36,198 nucleotides of DNA from a virus (lineage: Duplodnaviria; Heunggongvirae; Uroviricota; Caudoviricetes): the IMG/VR virus record IMGVR_UViG_2529292906_000018. The stretch is one strand, 5' to 3'. A program made the translations under genes and the position numbers. Positions 8,636-17,758 of this stretch are shown here, in pieces. Numbering within the stretch: the stretch's first letter is position 1; each line of letters opens with the position of its first letter. The notes below the pieces were generated by a model. The model ran no database searches, had not been told where the DNA came from, and was given only the letters and a program-made list of their open reading frames with translations.

Positions 8636-9043
8636 ATGAACAGAAAACAGAAACAAGAGTTGAAATACTTCTTACGTAAAGAAATTGCCAGGCTTGAAGA
8701 TGCAGAGTCACAATCATCAGAAATTCCGTTCGGAATGGATATCAACGACGCCCGTATGCTTCAGGCATACCGTATAGCTCAGGCTGCACTACAGACAAAA
8801 CCGTTAAATAACATACATGAAAAGTATGATTATTTTACGGATACCGCTTGCTTGCTGACATCTGAAGAACAAAAGATAGCCCAACTTTTAGGCGACGCAT
8901 GGAACCTGTATTTAACATTGCCAGTTGAGCATCCAATGGGTAGAGATGAATTTTGCCGGGCAATTCATCATTGCCAAAATATGGTGTTGGCACGCCCGGC
9001 CATCAGGGCGTTGGCCAGGAAGGGGCAAGGCTATAAAAGATAA
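8636..9043 (+). CDS. hypothetical protein (135 aa), accessory gene in the slot where P2 carries tin/old
   Basis: ATG 8636 with AAAGGA upstream; AT-richer than phage core; followed by a strong terminator; no recognisable motif. Confidence 0.5.
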   Translation: MNRKQKQELKYFLRKEIARLEDAESQSSEIPFGMDINDARMLQAYRIAQAALQTKPLNNIHEKYDYFTDTACLLTSEEQKIAQLLGDAWNLYLTLPVEHPMGRDEFCRAIHHCQNMVLARPAIRALARKGQGYKR

Positions 9044-9046
9044 GTA

Positions 9047-9075
9047 AAACGCCCTCCTCCAGGGCGTTTATTTCA
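9047..9075 (+). terminator. rho-independent terminator
   Basis: AAACGCCCT-cctcc-AGGGCGTTT hairpin followed by ATTTC. Confidence 0.6.
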
Positions 9076-9076
9076 A

Positions 9077-9104
9077 TGCACAATAGTGCACAAATTTGCA
9101 CAAT
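9077..9104. repeat. three direct TGCACAA repeats at about 10-bp phasing (putative protein-binding site in cos-proximal region)
   Basis: tgcacaat (9077-9084), tgcacaaat (9087-9095), tgcacaat (9097-9104). Confidence 0.4.
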
Positions 9105-9173
9105 TTTTTTGAACGACTTTTTACCCTTCCGGCCCGCATGGCGGCTGGATCCGTCAAGGATCCGTGCGTGCAC

Positions 9174-9190
9174 AAAAAAACGCGTTTTTT
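9174..9190. repeat. near-perfect palindrome A7-CGCG-T6
   Basis: aaaaaaacgcgtttttt at 9174-9190. Confidence 0.4.
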
Positions 9191-9476
9191 CTGCGCGCAG
9201 GTGACGGGGGAACAGCCCGCGTTTCAGGGGGTAAATAGCATCCCCTGAACGATGTCGCAGCAACACAACAGAATGGCTGTATTTCTCACGCTGAGCGTGA
9301 AAAAAACGTGAGGGCTTTTGATTTGATGGGGTGAAAGGTAAGGCCGTCAAAATCGCACTGAGGCGGCGAGAACATGCAGTTAACGCGGTGGGATTGCGTA
9401 AGAATCTGACCGTCGATGATGGCAATAAGCAGGAAAGCGTCGTGAAATTATCTGACTGATACAGGAGCTGGAGAGT

Positions 9477-9502
9477 CGGGGCATAAATTTTTTATGCCCC
9501 GG
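9477..9502. other. strong palindrome/hairpin just 3' of portal gene (possible terminator or cos-associated element)
   Basis: CGGGGCATAAA-tttt-TTATGCCCCGG, stem of about 10 bp. Confidence 0.35.
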
Positions 9503-9527
9503 CGAAGCAGCAGACAAGCGAAGCGCG

Positions 9528-10574
9528 TCAGGATGTGGGCTGGGTGTCCAGCAGTGCATAAGGGTTAAAGCGGATCACCTCTTCGCCAAGCCAGTCATTG
9601 ATGTGCTTCATGGCCTCCATGACGGGCATCAGCTCGTTAATTGCGTAAACCCGCGCGGCCTTCTCCACATCACCAAACGCACTTTTTTCACCCGGCATCG
9701 CCCCCATCAGTTGCGGCGGGACACGGTGCGCAGCCAGCACATCATCACGGGATGCCGCCTTAACATTCATGAACTCATCCTTTGCGGTGATCTGCTGGAA
9801 CGGCAAAATTTGCCCCCCCTCTTTGCCCCCGTTGGGCGCATGAATGAGCACGTTTTTAAACGCACCACCACCACGTGCACCCTGTAACGTTTCTTTCAGG
9901 GAGTCCATGCTTTCGCGGTTTACCTGCGCTGCACCGATGTAGATGATGCACCCGGCGTGGGATCCGTTGTCGTAATACAGTTTTCTGAACATGTCCGCCG
10001 AATGAGACAGGCTGGCCGAGAGTAATGCGCCGAGATATTCCGGCATGCCGTAGATTTCCTGGTTAATATCCGGATTCATCAGGTGACACACTTTGCCGGG
10101 GCGAAACTGGAACGCGTCCTTGCCATCCTGCACATACCACCATGATTCAAGATCGCTTCCGCGTCGCATGTATTTCGCCAGGGCGTGCCGTAATTTAAGC
10201 GGTTCGCCGAGCATATTGCTCCGAAGCTCAAGGAATGCGTTACCGAACACAAACCAGTCCAGCGCCAGCGCCGAGAAATCCTGCCGGGAAAGCAGCGGGT
10301 GCGGGATGTAGCAACCGAGTAATACATTGCGCTTAAAGTAAAGCGCAGACTGATGCCAGGACGTTTGCCGGGCAGCTCTTGCCAGACCGTACCAGTCCAC
10401 CGGGGTTTCATACCACCGCCCGTTATCAGCACAGTACATATTATCCAGCAGGTCATGCCCGGTCAGGCGATAAGGCCCATCAAATGTGAATGCACTGAGC
10501 GACGATTCATTCCTGAGCGCATCAGCGAGATCAATGCGTGAACTCATGCGCACTTTTTTATTTTTTCTGCTCAT
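9528..10574 (-). CDS. Q: portal protein (P2 gpQ-like)
   Basis: 348 aa ORF at the P2 Q position beside P, leftward; GGAG SD; start overlaps P stop. Confidence 0.85.
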   Translation of the reverse strand: MSRKNKKVRMSSRIDLADALRNESSLSAFTFDGPYRLTGHDLLDNMYCADNGRWYETPVDWYGLARAARQTSWHQSALYFKRNVLLGCYIPHPLLSRQDFSALALDWFVFGNAFLELRSNMLGEPLKLRHALAKYMRRGSDLESWWYVQDGKDAFQFRPGKVCHLMNPDINQEIYGMPEYLGALLSASLSHSADMFRKLYYDNGSHAGCIIYIGAAQVNRESMDSLKETLQGARGGGAFKNVLIHAPNGGKEGGQILPFQQITAKDEFMNVKAASRDDVLAAHRVPPQLMGAMPGEKSAFGDVEKAARVYAINELMPVMEAMKHINDWLGEEVIRFNPYALLDTQPTS

Positions 10575-11767
10575 CAGAACTCCATAACCGTGAAACGCTC
10601 GTTTTCTCCTTCGCCGCCAATTGGTTCGTTAATGACAGCAAGCATGGTTGCCCACGCAAGGTCGCCGTGGCTGATCCCCCTCGCGCGGTCCGTTTCGTAA
10701 GTGATAAAGCCGCCCGGTGTTTTCACCTTACGCACGGCGTTAAAGGCTGCGACCAGTTCGCGTTCGGCGCGATCGTATTCCCACCGCCCGGCGCGCATTA
10801 TTTGCAGCATTTTCAGTACCAGCGACCGTTTTGATGACAGCGTGAAGGTGTACGGAATAGCAGCAGGGAAAAACCGTTTCACTATCTGATAAACAGCCTC
10901 CCCGTTCCCACCTGTCACATCAATGCCGATGTGTTCCACGTTGTAGCGACACGTGAACTCTTCAATGACTCTGGCCTGTTCTTCAAACTCCAGCCCCTGA
11001 ACGCGTCGCGTCTCCACTGTTCGAAAACGGCCACCAGGAACAGCCGGAGGGACCACCACGGACACCGCGCCGCTGTCGCCGTTGCCACTGCTGCCGTTTG
11101 CGTCATACCCAATCCATACCGGGCGATTCCCCATCGGGCGGGGAGCAAAAGGTTTCCAGTCTTTCCAGTCGTCGTATCCGTCAACACCGCAGCCAATCAG
11201 GATATTCAGGTTAAATGCCGATTCCCCTTCGCGGACAAACTCACACATATAGAGATTGAGGAACTCGTCTTCGGTGTTTTCATCACGAATTTCGTCGATA
11301 TCGGTGTGTTTCCAGCCGTGATTAACCACATCTTCCAGCGTGACAATTTGCCGCCACGTCCGGTCAGGGCAGATAAGCCCGTTATGCAGCGTTTTCCAGT
11401 CCACAGAAAAACGCTGGCGTTTATGCGTGGCCTTTTTCTCGTTCCAGCGGTCGCCGTTCCAGTAGGCGTATGCCTCGTGCGTTTCGGTGGATGGCGTGGA
11501 GAAGTAGGTGCGCCGCAGTCCGCTGAGGGTTGCCATAGCGCCAGCCACCTTGCGCAGTTCAGCAAAGCGGCTGACCCAGAAAAATTCATCAAAATAAAAA
11601 TTGCCAGTATAGGACTGTGCCGACGCAGCAGAAGTGCCGAGGAAATGCAGCTCTGCGCCGTTGGAGAGGATGATTTTATCACCCCCTTTCAGCTCCACAT
11701 CAACTTCAGCCGCGGCCTTCTGAATAATGCTTTTAAACTGGAACGCCTGACGACGCGACGCAGACAA
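10574..11767 (-). CDS. P: terminase ATPase (large) subunit, P2 gpP-like, C-terminal ORF
   Basis: 397 aa ORF; continues the 11689..12324 ORF after a -1 shift at T6 (plus A6 at 11766-11771); reading T7 would give ...RNQIFLSASRRQAFQF... Confidence 0.8.
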   Translation of the reverse strand: MSASRRQAFQFKSIIQKAAAEVDVELKGGDKIILSNGAELHFLGTSAASAQSYTGNFYFDEFFWVSRFAELRKVAGAMATLSGLRRTYFSTPSTETHEAYAYWNGDRWNEKKATHKRQRFSVDWKTLHNGLICPDRTWRQIVTLEDVVNHGWKHTDIDEIRDENTEDEFLNLYMCEFVREGESAFNLNILIGCGVDGYDDWKDWKPFAPRPMGNRPVWIGYDANGSSGNGDSGAVSVVVPPAVPGGRFRTVETRRVQGLEFEEQARVIEEFTCRYNVEHIGIDVTGGNGEAVYQIVKRFFPAAIPYTFTLSSKRSLVLKMLQIMRAGRWEYDRAERELVAAFNAVRKVKTPGGFITYETDRARGISHGDLAWATMLAVINEPIGGEGENERFTVMEF

Positions 11768-12324
11768 AAAATCTGGTTACGCTGGTAAGGTTGCGCCACA
11801 TCGTCACGCAGCGCCATCAACAGTGCTTCCTGTGCAAAATACCAGGTCGCCCCAATCTGTCGGGATTTCAGGATCATCCTGTTACGTATCCCGGCTTCCC
11901 TGCAAAGGGTCAGGGCGTCAAACCAGCCCCGCTGATGCCACTCCAGCCTGCTGATGATTTTTTCCCGCAGTGCGGCAATCTGTTCCGGCGTGAAATGATT
12001 TTTAAGTTTTTTCGCCCGGCTTTTCTTTCCTGTGGCCGTCGCATCCGGCTGGTCATTATGCAGTTTTTTAAGCTGCCGGGTCAGCAGGTCTATTTCCTTG
12101 AAGTCACCACCTGTTTTATTCTGTTTTTCAGTAAGCTGGATGAGGCGCGCATCGATGGACTGCGTGACACGCTGCACGGGTGGCGTTTCATCCCACTGAT
12201 CGCGTTTTTTCCACGCATAAATCGTGTTCGGGTTTATTCCCATCAGACGTGATATTTCTGCGGGCGGATAACCCTGCCAGTAAAGTTGTCGCGCACGCTG
12301 GCGCACAAAAGCGTCCTGAATCAT
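11689..12324 (-). CDS. P: terminase ATPase (large) subunit, P2 gpP-like, N-terminal ORF
   Basis: 211 aa ORF starting MIQDAFVRQRARQLYWQGYPPAEISRLMGINPNTIYAW (N-terminal HTH typical of P2-type terminase); GGGGGAG SD. Confidence 0.8.
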   Translation of the reverse strand: MIQDAFVRQRARQLYWQGYPPAEISRLMGINPNTIYAWKKRDQWDETPPVQRVTQSIDARLIQLTEKQNKTGGDFKEIDLLTRQLKKLHNDQPDATATGKKSRAKKLKNHFTPEQIAALREKIISRLEWHQRGWFDALTLCREAGIRNRMILKSRQIGATWYFAQEALLMALRDDVAQPYQRNQIFCLRRVVRRSSLKALFRRPRLKLMWS

Positions 12325-12478
12325 TGCTCCCCCTGAGTAATTACAGGAAGATTACCCGCGCGCGAAACCGTTCTCCTTACCCCCCTGTTCTGGCTGTTTT
12401 CTTACAACAAAAGCCCTTTGTATCAGCCTGTTACGCTTTGCCATCATGACTGAAGAACCAGTCAGAGGGGCAAAAACT
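12325..12478. promoter_or_regulatory. divergent late promoter region between P and O
   Basis: 154-bp gap between divergent starts of P (12324, minus) and O (12479, plus); no canonical TGT-N12-ACA Ogr box found by eye. Confidence 0.35.
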
Positions 12479-13315
12479 ATGGCTAATGAAAAAAAGACAT
12501 CCCGCAAAAAGTTTCGCGTGGCTGTCTCCGGATCAACTGTTGATGGACGCGAAATCAGCCCGGTACATCTGCGTGAAGCCGCCGAGAACTTCAACCCGGA
12601 TGTTTACGCTGCCCGCGTGAACGTTGAGCACTATCTCTCGCCATGCCCGTCAAGCGAATTTTCCGCAATGGGCGATGTCACCGCACTGAGTACGGAAGAT
12701 ATTACGGAAGGCCCGCTGGCCGGACGTACTGCGTTGTATGCAGAAATCGAACCGACCGAGCGCATGAAGCAGCTTGTCGCTGACGGCAAGAAAATCTATT
12801 CCAGTATCGAACTGCACCCGCAGTTCTCCGTTAACGGGCGCGCCTATCTGGTCGGGCTGGCGATGACTGACACCCCGGCAAGCCTGGGCACTGAGCGCCT
12901 GAAATTCACGGCACAGCAACGTCAGGCAGTAATGACGTTCAACAGTGTCCAGGGTGAGGCACCGCTCATTTCCGAAGCCATCGAGTCTGAAATCATCGAA
13001 ATGGCAGAACAACGCCAGGAAGAAGGCACCCAGTGGTTTAACCGCGTAATGGGGATTATTGGTCGTGGCCGCAAAGCGGATGACGCCAGTTTCTCCCGTA
13101 TTCAGGAAGCGGTGGAAGGCGTCGCAACGTCACAGGCCGACATTATCGACCGTTTTAATGTGCTGGAAACCCGCCATCAGCAGGACCGCCAGAAAATCAC
13201 GTCACTGACCACAGAGCTGGCAGCACTGAAGGAAAAACTGCGCACGCAGGACGGCGATCCGCAGAACCGCTTCACCGCAACGGGCGCAGCCTCCGACCAG
13301 CTGGCTGACTTCTGA
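12479..13315 (+). CDS. O: capsid scaffolding protein (P2 gpO-like)
   Basis: MANEKKTSRKKFRVAVSGSTVDGREISPVHLREAAENFNP matches the gpO N-terminus pattern as recalled; ATG 12479 in frame within ORF 12446..13315. Confidence 0.8.
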   Translation: MANEKKTSRKKFRVAVSGSTVDGREISPVHLREAAENFNPDVYAARVNVEHYLSPCPSSEFSAMGDVTALSTEDITEGPLAGRTALYAEIEPTERMKQLVADGKKIYSSIELHPQFSVNGRAYLVGLAMTDTPASLGTERLKFTAQQRQAVMTFNSVQGEAPLISEAIESEIIEMAEQRQEEGTQWFNRVMGIIGRGRKADDASFSRIQEAVEGVATSQADIIDRFNVLETRHQQDRQKITSLTTELAALKEKLRTQDGDPQNRFTATGAASDQLADF

Positions 13316-13338
13316 TAAGACAAAGGAGCAAATTTTTT

Positions 13339-14391
13339 ATGAATCTGGTGATGTCAGATATTACCCGCAACAAGCTGGGTTGCTATATGGCGCAGCAGGC
13401 GTCGCTTAACAACATCCCGGTATCTGCACTGGTATCGCGATTTACCGTGGAACCCTCGGTGCAACAGCGTTTTGAAAACGCAGTAAAGGAGAGCACTGAA
13501 TTTACAAAAAAAATTAACGTGTTCGGTGTGACCGACCAGAAAGGCGAAAAAATCCTCCTGGACACCACCGGGCCGATTGCGCGCACGAATACCAGTTATG
13601 ACGGCACAAAACGCCGTAACCCGAATAACGTGGTTGATCTGAAAAACCGCAAATACCAGTGCGAACAGGTGAACTACGACACGTTTATTTCGTATCCGCA
13701 GCTTGATGCCTGGGCGGCACACCCTGATTTTCAGTCCCGCGTCAGCACACAGATTGCCCGGCAGGTGGCGCTTGACCGCATCATGATCGGTTTCAACGGC
13801 ACGTCTCACGCAGATGAGTCCAACTTCAGCACCAACAAGCTGCTTCAGGACGTTAACGTGGGATGGCTGGAGCACATCAGAACCGACGCCAGCGAGCGCG
13901 TAATGAATGACGTGACGCTGACCTCCCGCAACATGGACAACACCGTGGCGCACGCGGGTAAGTATGCGAACGCTGATGCACTGGTACAGGACGCGCGCTC
14001 ATCCCTGCTGGATGAATGGCACAAGGAAGCTGACGACCTCGTGGTGATTATGGGGCGCAACCTGTTTAACTCGCTGCGTCTGCCCGTGCTGAACAGCATC
14101 AGCGGCCAGAATCCCAATGCGGAATTACTTGCCGGACAGCTCATCCTGTCATCGCGCGCCATTGGCGGACTGGATGTATTCCTTGCGCCGTTCTTCCCGG
14201 ATTCAACGATGCTGATCACCTCGTTCAACAACCTGTCGATTTACTGGCAGAAAGGAACAATGCGTCGCCTGATGAAAGACGAGCCGGAATACAACCGCAT
14301 CGCCACCTACCAGTCCATCAATGACGCTTATGTCGTTGAAGACTATGGCAAGTGCGCGATGGTCACTGGCCTGAAGTTCGCCGACAGCTAA
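13339..14391 (+). CDS. N: major capsid protein (P2 gpN-like)
   Basis: 350 aa ORF with AAGGAG SD; FTVEPSV...GEKI...YVVEDYG pattern conserved with P2 N as recalled. Confidence 0.9.
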   Translation: MNLVMSDITRNKLGCYMAQQASLNNIPVSALVSRFTVEPSVQQRFENAVKESTEFTKKINVFGVTDQKGEKILLDTTGPIARTNTSYDGTKRRNPNNVVDLKNRKYQCEQVNYDTFISYPQLDAWAAHPDFQSRVSTQIARQVALDRIMIGFNGTSHADESNFSTNKLLQDVNVGWLEHIRTDASERVMNDVTLTSRNMDNTVAHAGKYANADALVQDARSSLLDEWHKEADDLVVIMGRNLFNSLRLPVLNSISGQNPNAELLAGQLILSSRAIGGLDVFLAPFFPDSTMLITSFNNLSIYWQKGTMRRLMKDEPEYNRIATYQSINDAYVVEDYGKCAMVTGLKFADS

Positions 14392-14436
14392 TCAACTCAC
14401 GGCGGGCATCATGCCCGCCTGTAACGGAGAGAAAAA

Positions 14437-15237
14437 ATGATTACTCCTGCACAGCAACACTGGCAGAACGTGATGGCACAGCGCGCAGGCCGGGCGAATG
14501 AAGGCGTGGACCACGCCGCGCGTACCGCGCATGAAGAGGTGCTGTATCGTCTGCGTCTGGCACAGGCCCGGCTTAAGGGCGTACAGGCCAGAAGCGCGAA
14601 AGCTGCCATCAAAAAAGAGTTGTTGCCGGACTTTTCCGGCTGGATTGAGGGAACGCTGGAGGCTGACGGCGGGCAGCAGGATGAAGTGATTGCCACGCTG
14701 ATGGTGTGGGCGATTGACTGCGGCGATCTTCCGCTGGCGCTGCGTATTGGTGCATATGTGGTCCGTCACAACCTCATCATGCCGGATAACTTTGGCCGTA
14801 CTGCTGCCACGGTACTGACCGAAGAAATCTGCAACCCGGTACTGACGCAGGCCGGGACGGATGCCGACGCGGATTTGTCCGCCTTTATCGAACCACTGGA
14901 TACCCTCTGGGAGATTGTCACCGACCAGGACATGCCGGACGAAGTGCGCGCCAAATTATGCAAGGCGTGCGCCTTTGCCCGTCGTGGTCTGAGTGATGCG
15001 GACAGCATGGCCCTGTCACTGAAGCTGCTGCGCGAAGCAATGCACCTGAACCCGAACGCAGGTGTGAAACGCGAGATTGCAACCCTTTCCCGCGCCCTGA
15101 AAAAAGCCGATTCCGCAGCCGCACCAGAAGATGCCAGCACACCGCAGGCGCAGGACGAAAGCAGCAAAAGTAAAAAGACAACGCGGAAGCCTGCAACACG
15201 AAAAACCACCGCGACGCAGAAGGCGAAGCGCGGTTAA
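14437..15237 (+). CDS. M: terminase endonuclease (small) subunit (P2 gpM-like)
   Basis: 266 aa ORF; ...MPDEVRAKL... and basic C-tail match gpM as recalled; GGAGAG SD. Confidence 0.8.
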   Translation: MITPAQQHWQNVMAQRAGRANEGVDHAARTAHEEVLYRLRLAQARLKGVQARSAKAAIKKELLPDFSGWIEGTLEADGGQQDEVIATLMVWAIDCGDLPLALRIGAYVVRHNLIMPDNFGRTAATVLTEEICNPVLTQAGTDADADLSAFIEPLDTLWEIVTDQDMPDEVRAKLCKACAFARRGLSDADSMALSLKLLREAMHLNPNAGVKREIATLSRALKKADSAAAPEDASTPQAQDESSKSKKTTRKPATRKTTATQKAKRG

Positions 15238-15339
15238 CGACTGACCCCGTCAGCGGGCGGCGTGCGCGGTGTTCCGGTTTGACTCCGTGACCGTTTACAC
15301 CGCGCACCCACCGCCCGATTTTTTTCAGGAGTGAACCCC

Positions 15340-15834
15340 ATGAGTATGGTTGCCAGAACCAACCCCGGACCCGCAGAGGACGACATCACCGATACCGATG
15401 ATGGTGATACCCGTATTTCAGCGGGTGCATTCTGGCCGGATATTGTGCTGCGTGAGCTGCGTCTGGCGATACGACTGCCGGGCCGTGTGACCACCTCCCG
15501 CCTGCTGCATACCGCCACCGGGGCCGTGGCACACGTTACCCGCGAGCTGGAAGCGTGGCAGCAGGAACAGCAGGCGGCTGGCCATCAGACGCTGGCCGAT
15601 GTTCCGGCACCCGTAATTAACGGAGAAAGCGTCAATCTCTGGCACTGGCGCAATGCCGTTTATACCGCCACACGCGCCCTGATTCTGGAGCGTTACCGCG
15701 ATGCGGACACAACGGATAAGGGCGACCGCCGCGCGGACGCACTGGATATACAGACATCGGATTTGTGGCGCGATGTGAGCTGGGCCATCTCTGACATTCT
15801 GCGCCGCCCGCGAATCTTTGCGGAGTTGTGCTGA
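15340..15834 (+). CDS. L: head completion/stabilisation protein (P2 gpL-like)
   Basis: ATG 15340 with AGGAG 9 nt upstream, within ORF 15331..15834. Confidence 0.75.
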   Translation: MSMVARTNPGPAEDDITDTDDGDTRISAGAFWPDIVLRELRLAIRLPGRVTTSRLLHTATGAVAHVTRELEAWQQEQQAAGHQTLADVPAPVINGESVNLWHWRNAVYTATRALILERYRDADTTDKGDRRADALDIQTSDLWRDVSWAISDILRRPRIFAELC

Positions 15835-16034
15835 TGAAAGTGAAGGCACTGGAAAGCGACACCGTGGATTCGCTCTGTTTCCGGTACTACGGCACGACGC
15901 AGGGCGTCACCGAAAAGGTGCTGGATGCAAACCCCGGACTCTGTCAGCAGGTATTTCTGGACGCCGGGCAGGAAGTGGAGATGCCGGAGCCGGAGAAGAA
16001 GAAACGAGAAATGATTCAGTTGTGGGGGGAGTAG
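15834..16034 (+). CDS. X: tail protein X (P2 gpX-like, LysM-type)
   Basis: MKVKALESDTVDSLCFRYYGTTQGVTEKVLDANPGL resembles P2 gpX (MKTFALQGDTLDAICVRYYGRTEG...) as recalled; ATG overlaps L stop. Confidence 0.75.
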   Translation: MKVKALESDTVDSLCFRYYGTTQGVTEKVLDANPGLCQQVFLDAGQEVEMPEPEKKKREMIQLWGE

Positions 16035-16036
16035 CA

Positions 16037-16360
16037 GTGAGCACCATTCAAACAGGGATCACAGAGCAGGTTATTGCATGGCTCTTTGACCACCTGCCAA
16101 CGGTGTATGCAGTAGGCGCGGCGGTCAGCATTTCCGCGCTGATGAGTCTTTATGACGGACGAACACTGGTTCAGACCGTAACGGGATCGCTGGCGTGCGG
16201 CGTTCTTGCCATGGCCGTGGCCGGGTCGTTGCGCTTCTTCGGTTTTCCTGAAGATGCCGTGACGTTTATCGGCGCATCAATCGGTTTTATGGGGGCAGAG
16301 AAAGCACGCGACAAGGTTATTGCTGCCTTTAATCGCAGGGTGAAGGAGAAGGACGAATGA
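16037..16360 (+). CDS. putative holin
   Basis: GTG 16037 after GGGGGAG; 107 aa with hydrophobic segments and a charged C-tail; immediately upstream of the endolysin. Confidence 0.5.
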   Translation: MSTIQTGITEQVIAWLFDHLPTVYAVGAAVSISALMSLYDGRTLVQTVTGSLACGVLAMAVAGSLRFFGFPEDAVTFIGASIGFMGAEKARDKVIAAFNRRVKEKDE

Positions 16361-16749
16361 GCAACACATTTAAATTCAGCAGCCGGAGCGAAAAGAATTT
16401 GCAGGGCGTAAATCCTGATCTGGTGAAAGTGACCAGACGGGCACTGGAAATTTCGGAAGTGGATTTTGGTATCACCGAAGGGTTGCGCAGCCGTTACCGC
16501 CAGAAGCAACTTGTGGCCACAGGTAAGAGCCAGACCATGAACAGCCGCCACCTTACGGGACATGCCGTGGATGTTGTGGCTTATATCGGCAGCCAGGTGT
16601 CATGGGAATGGCCGCTGTACGAAAAAATCGCAGCAGCATTCAGACAGGCCAGCCGGGAACTGAATATTCCGGTGGAATGGGGCGGCGACTGGAAGACCCT
16701 GAAAGACGGACCGCATTTTCAGTTACCACACGGAGCCTATCCGGCATGA
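16357..16749 (+). CDS. endolysin, peptidase M15-type (zinc D-Ala-D-Ala carboxypeptidase/L-Ala-D-Glu peptidase fold)
   Basis: SRHLTGHAVDVV and GPHFQL motifs typical of the M15 family; AAGGAG SD; lysis cassette position. Confidence 0.7.
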   Translation: MSNTFKFSSRSEKNLQGVNPDLVKVTRRALEISEVDFGITEGLRSRYRQKQLVATGKSQTMNSRHLTGHAVDVVAYIGSQVSWEWPLYEKIAAAFRQASRELNIPVEWGGDWKTLKDGPHFQLPHGAYPA

Positions 16750-17153
16750 AGCTCTGGCCCACGCTGGGCGTCGCTTTCCTTCTGATTGCCGCATGGGGAA
16801 CATCCATGCGTCTGTCGTGGTCGCTGGGCCGGGAGAACGCCAGAAACGAAGCGCAGGCCAGCGCCCTGAAAAGCACCGCCGACCCCCTGAATATCATCAG
16901 CGCCGGGGTACAGGATATGCAGCAGGTGCTGGCGCAACTCCGCGTGGAAAATCAACAGAGAAATCAGGACGGAGAGGCCAGACGTGAACAGCTACGCAAC
17001 GATATTGCAAAAGATGAATGCGCCCACGCTTTGCCTGACGCTCGTTTTACTGACAGTTTGCGCAGGCACGCAGAACGCGCCACGGCCAGCGCCGTCAGTC
17101 CGGCTTATACCGCAGACGCTGACCATACCAGTAATGCCTCCCCCCTTCCCTGA
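16746..17153 (+). CDS. i-spanin (Rz/LysB-like)
   Basis: ATG 16746 overlaps endolysin stop; N-terminal TM (LWPTLGVAFLLIAAWG) then charged, coiled-coil-like region. Confidence 0.55.
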   Translation: MKLWPTLGVAFLLIAAWGTSMRLSWSLGRENARNEAQASALKSTADPLNIISAGVQDMQQVLAQLRVENQQRNQDGEARREQLRNDIAKDECAHALPDARFTDSLRRHAERATASAVSPAYTADADHTSNASPLP

Positions 17154-17304
17154 TACTCCCACATGGGGAAATCTCGGTATATGGGGCGACCGCCTTCTGG
17201 ATGCACTGGAAACCTGTAACGCGGATAAACGGGCCATTGAATTACTGGAACAGCGCAGGCTGCAACGACTGAACAACGAGGACAACAACCATGCTGAAAA
17301 CTGA
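17014..17304 (+). CDS. putative o-spanin (Rz1/LysC-like), embedded in +1 frame of the i-spanin gene and extending beyond it
   Basis: MNAPTLCLTLVLLTVCAG signal-like N-terminus then proline-rich PRPAPSVRLIPQTLTIPVMPPPFPDTP; canonical lipobox not clear. Confidence 0.4.
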   Translation: MNAPTLCLTLVLLTVCAGTQNAPRPAPSVRLIPQTLTIPVMPPPFPDTPTWGNLGIWGDRLLDALETCNADKRAIELLEQRRLQRLNNEDNNHAEN

Positions 17305-17758
17305 TTCCCTGCGTGAAGCCATGACCCGTTCATGCCGATGGTGTCAGGCCAACCCGGAAAAATTCACCATTTTCGTGGAGAGCGGCAACATTGAAACGAC
17401 CGGAGAAACGCCCTCGTTTGTTTACCGCTATCAGATGGTGATGTTTGTCATGGATTACGCCGGGGAGCTGGACGACCTCACGCTGCCGCTGCTGGCGTGG
17501 TTATCCGAAAATCAGCCACAGTTGTTGCTCAATCCGGAGCGTAATCAGGACATCAAATTTTCTGCCGTTATCAATGACGATGACAGCGCCGATCTCCTGT
17601 TTACGCTCCCCCTGCGGGAACGCGTTCGCATCACGCGCAGCAGTCAGGGCACGCCGCAGGCAGAACACCTGCCGGAGCCAAAACCCCGCCTGCCATCTTC
17701 CGAAGGCGACTGGTCGCATGTATTCCAGGATGTGACGTGGGGTGAAAGCGATGGATAA
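17291..17758 (+). CDS. R: tail completion protein (P2 gpR-like)
   Basis: MLKTDSLREAMTRS... resembles P2 gpR (MLKPDSLRRAL...) as recalled; 155 aa. Confidence 0.8.
   Translation: MLKTDSLREAMTRSCRWCQANPEKFTIFVESGNIETTGETPSFVYRYQMVMFVMDYAGELDDLTLPLLAWLSENQPQLLLNPERNQDIKFSAVINDDDSADLLFTLPLRERVRITRSSQGTPQAEHLPEPKPRLPSSEGDWSHVFQDVTWGESDG

Noticed and set aside
9350-9400. GGCGGCGAGAACATGCAG as the cohesive-end (cos) sequence
   Set aside because: Only loose resemblance to the P2/186 cos ends as I recall them; too weak to annotate without end-mapping data.
9003-9425. 140-aa minus-strand ORF in the cos-proximal region
   Set aside because: No RBS, spans the terminator and repeat elements, low-complexity translation; the region is better explained as non-coding.
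10931-11788. 285-aa plus-strand ORF and a 158-aa minus alternative-frame ORF inside terminase P
   Set aside because: Overlap the terminase ATPase coding region, whose frame is strongly protein-like; no independent start signals.
12325-12478. Canonical Ogr-dependent late promoter box (TGT-N12-ACA)
   Set aside because: Only TGT-N15-ACA and other spacings found by eye; cannot support a specific site, so only the region is annotated.
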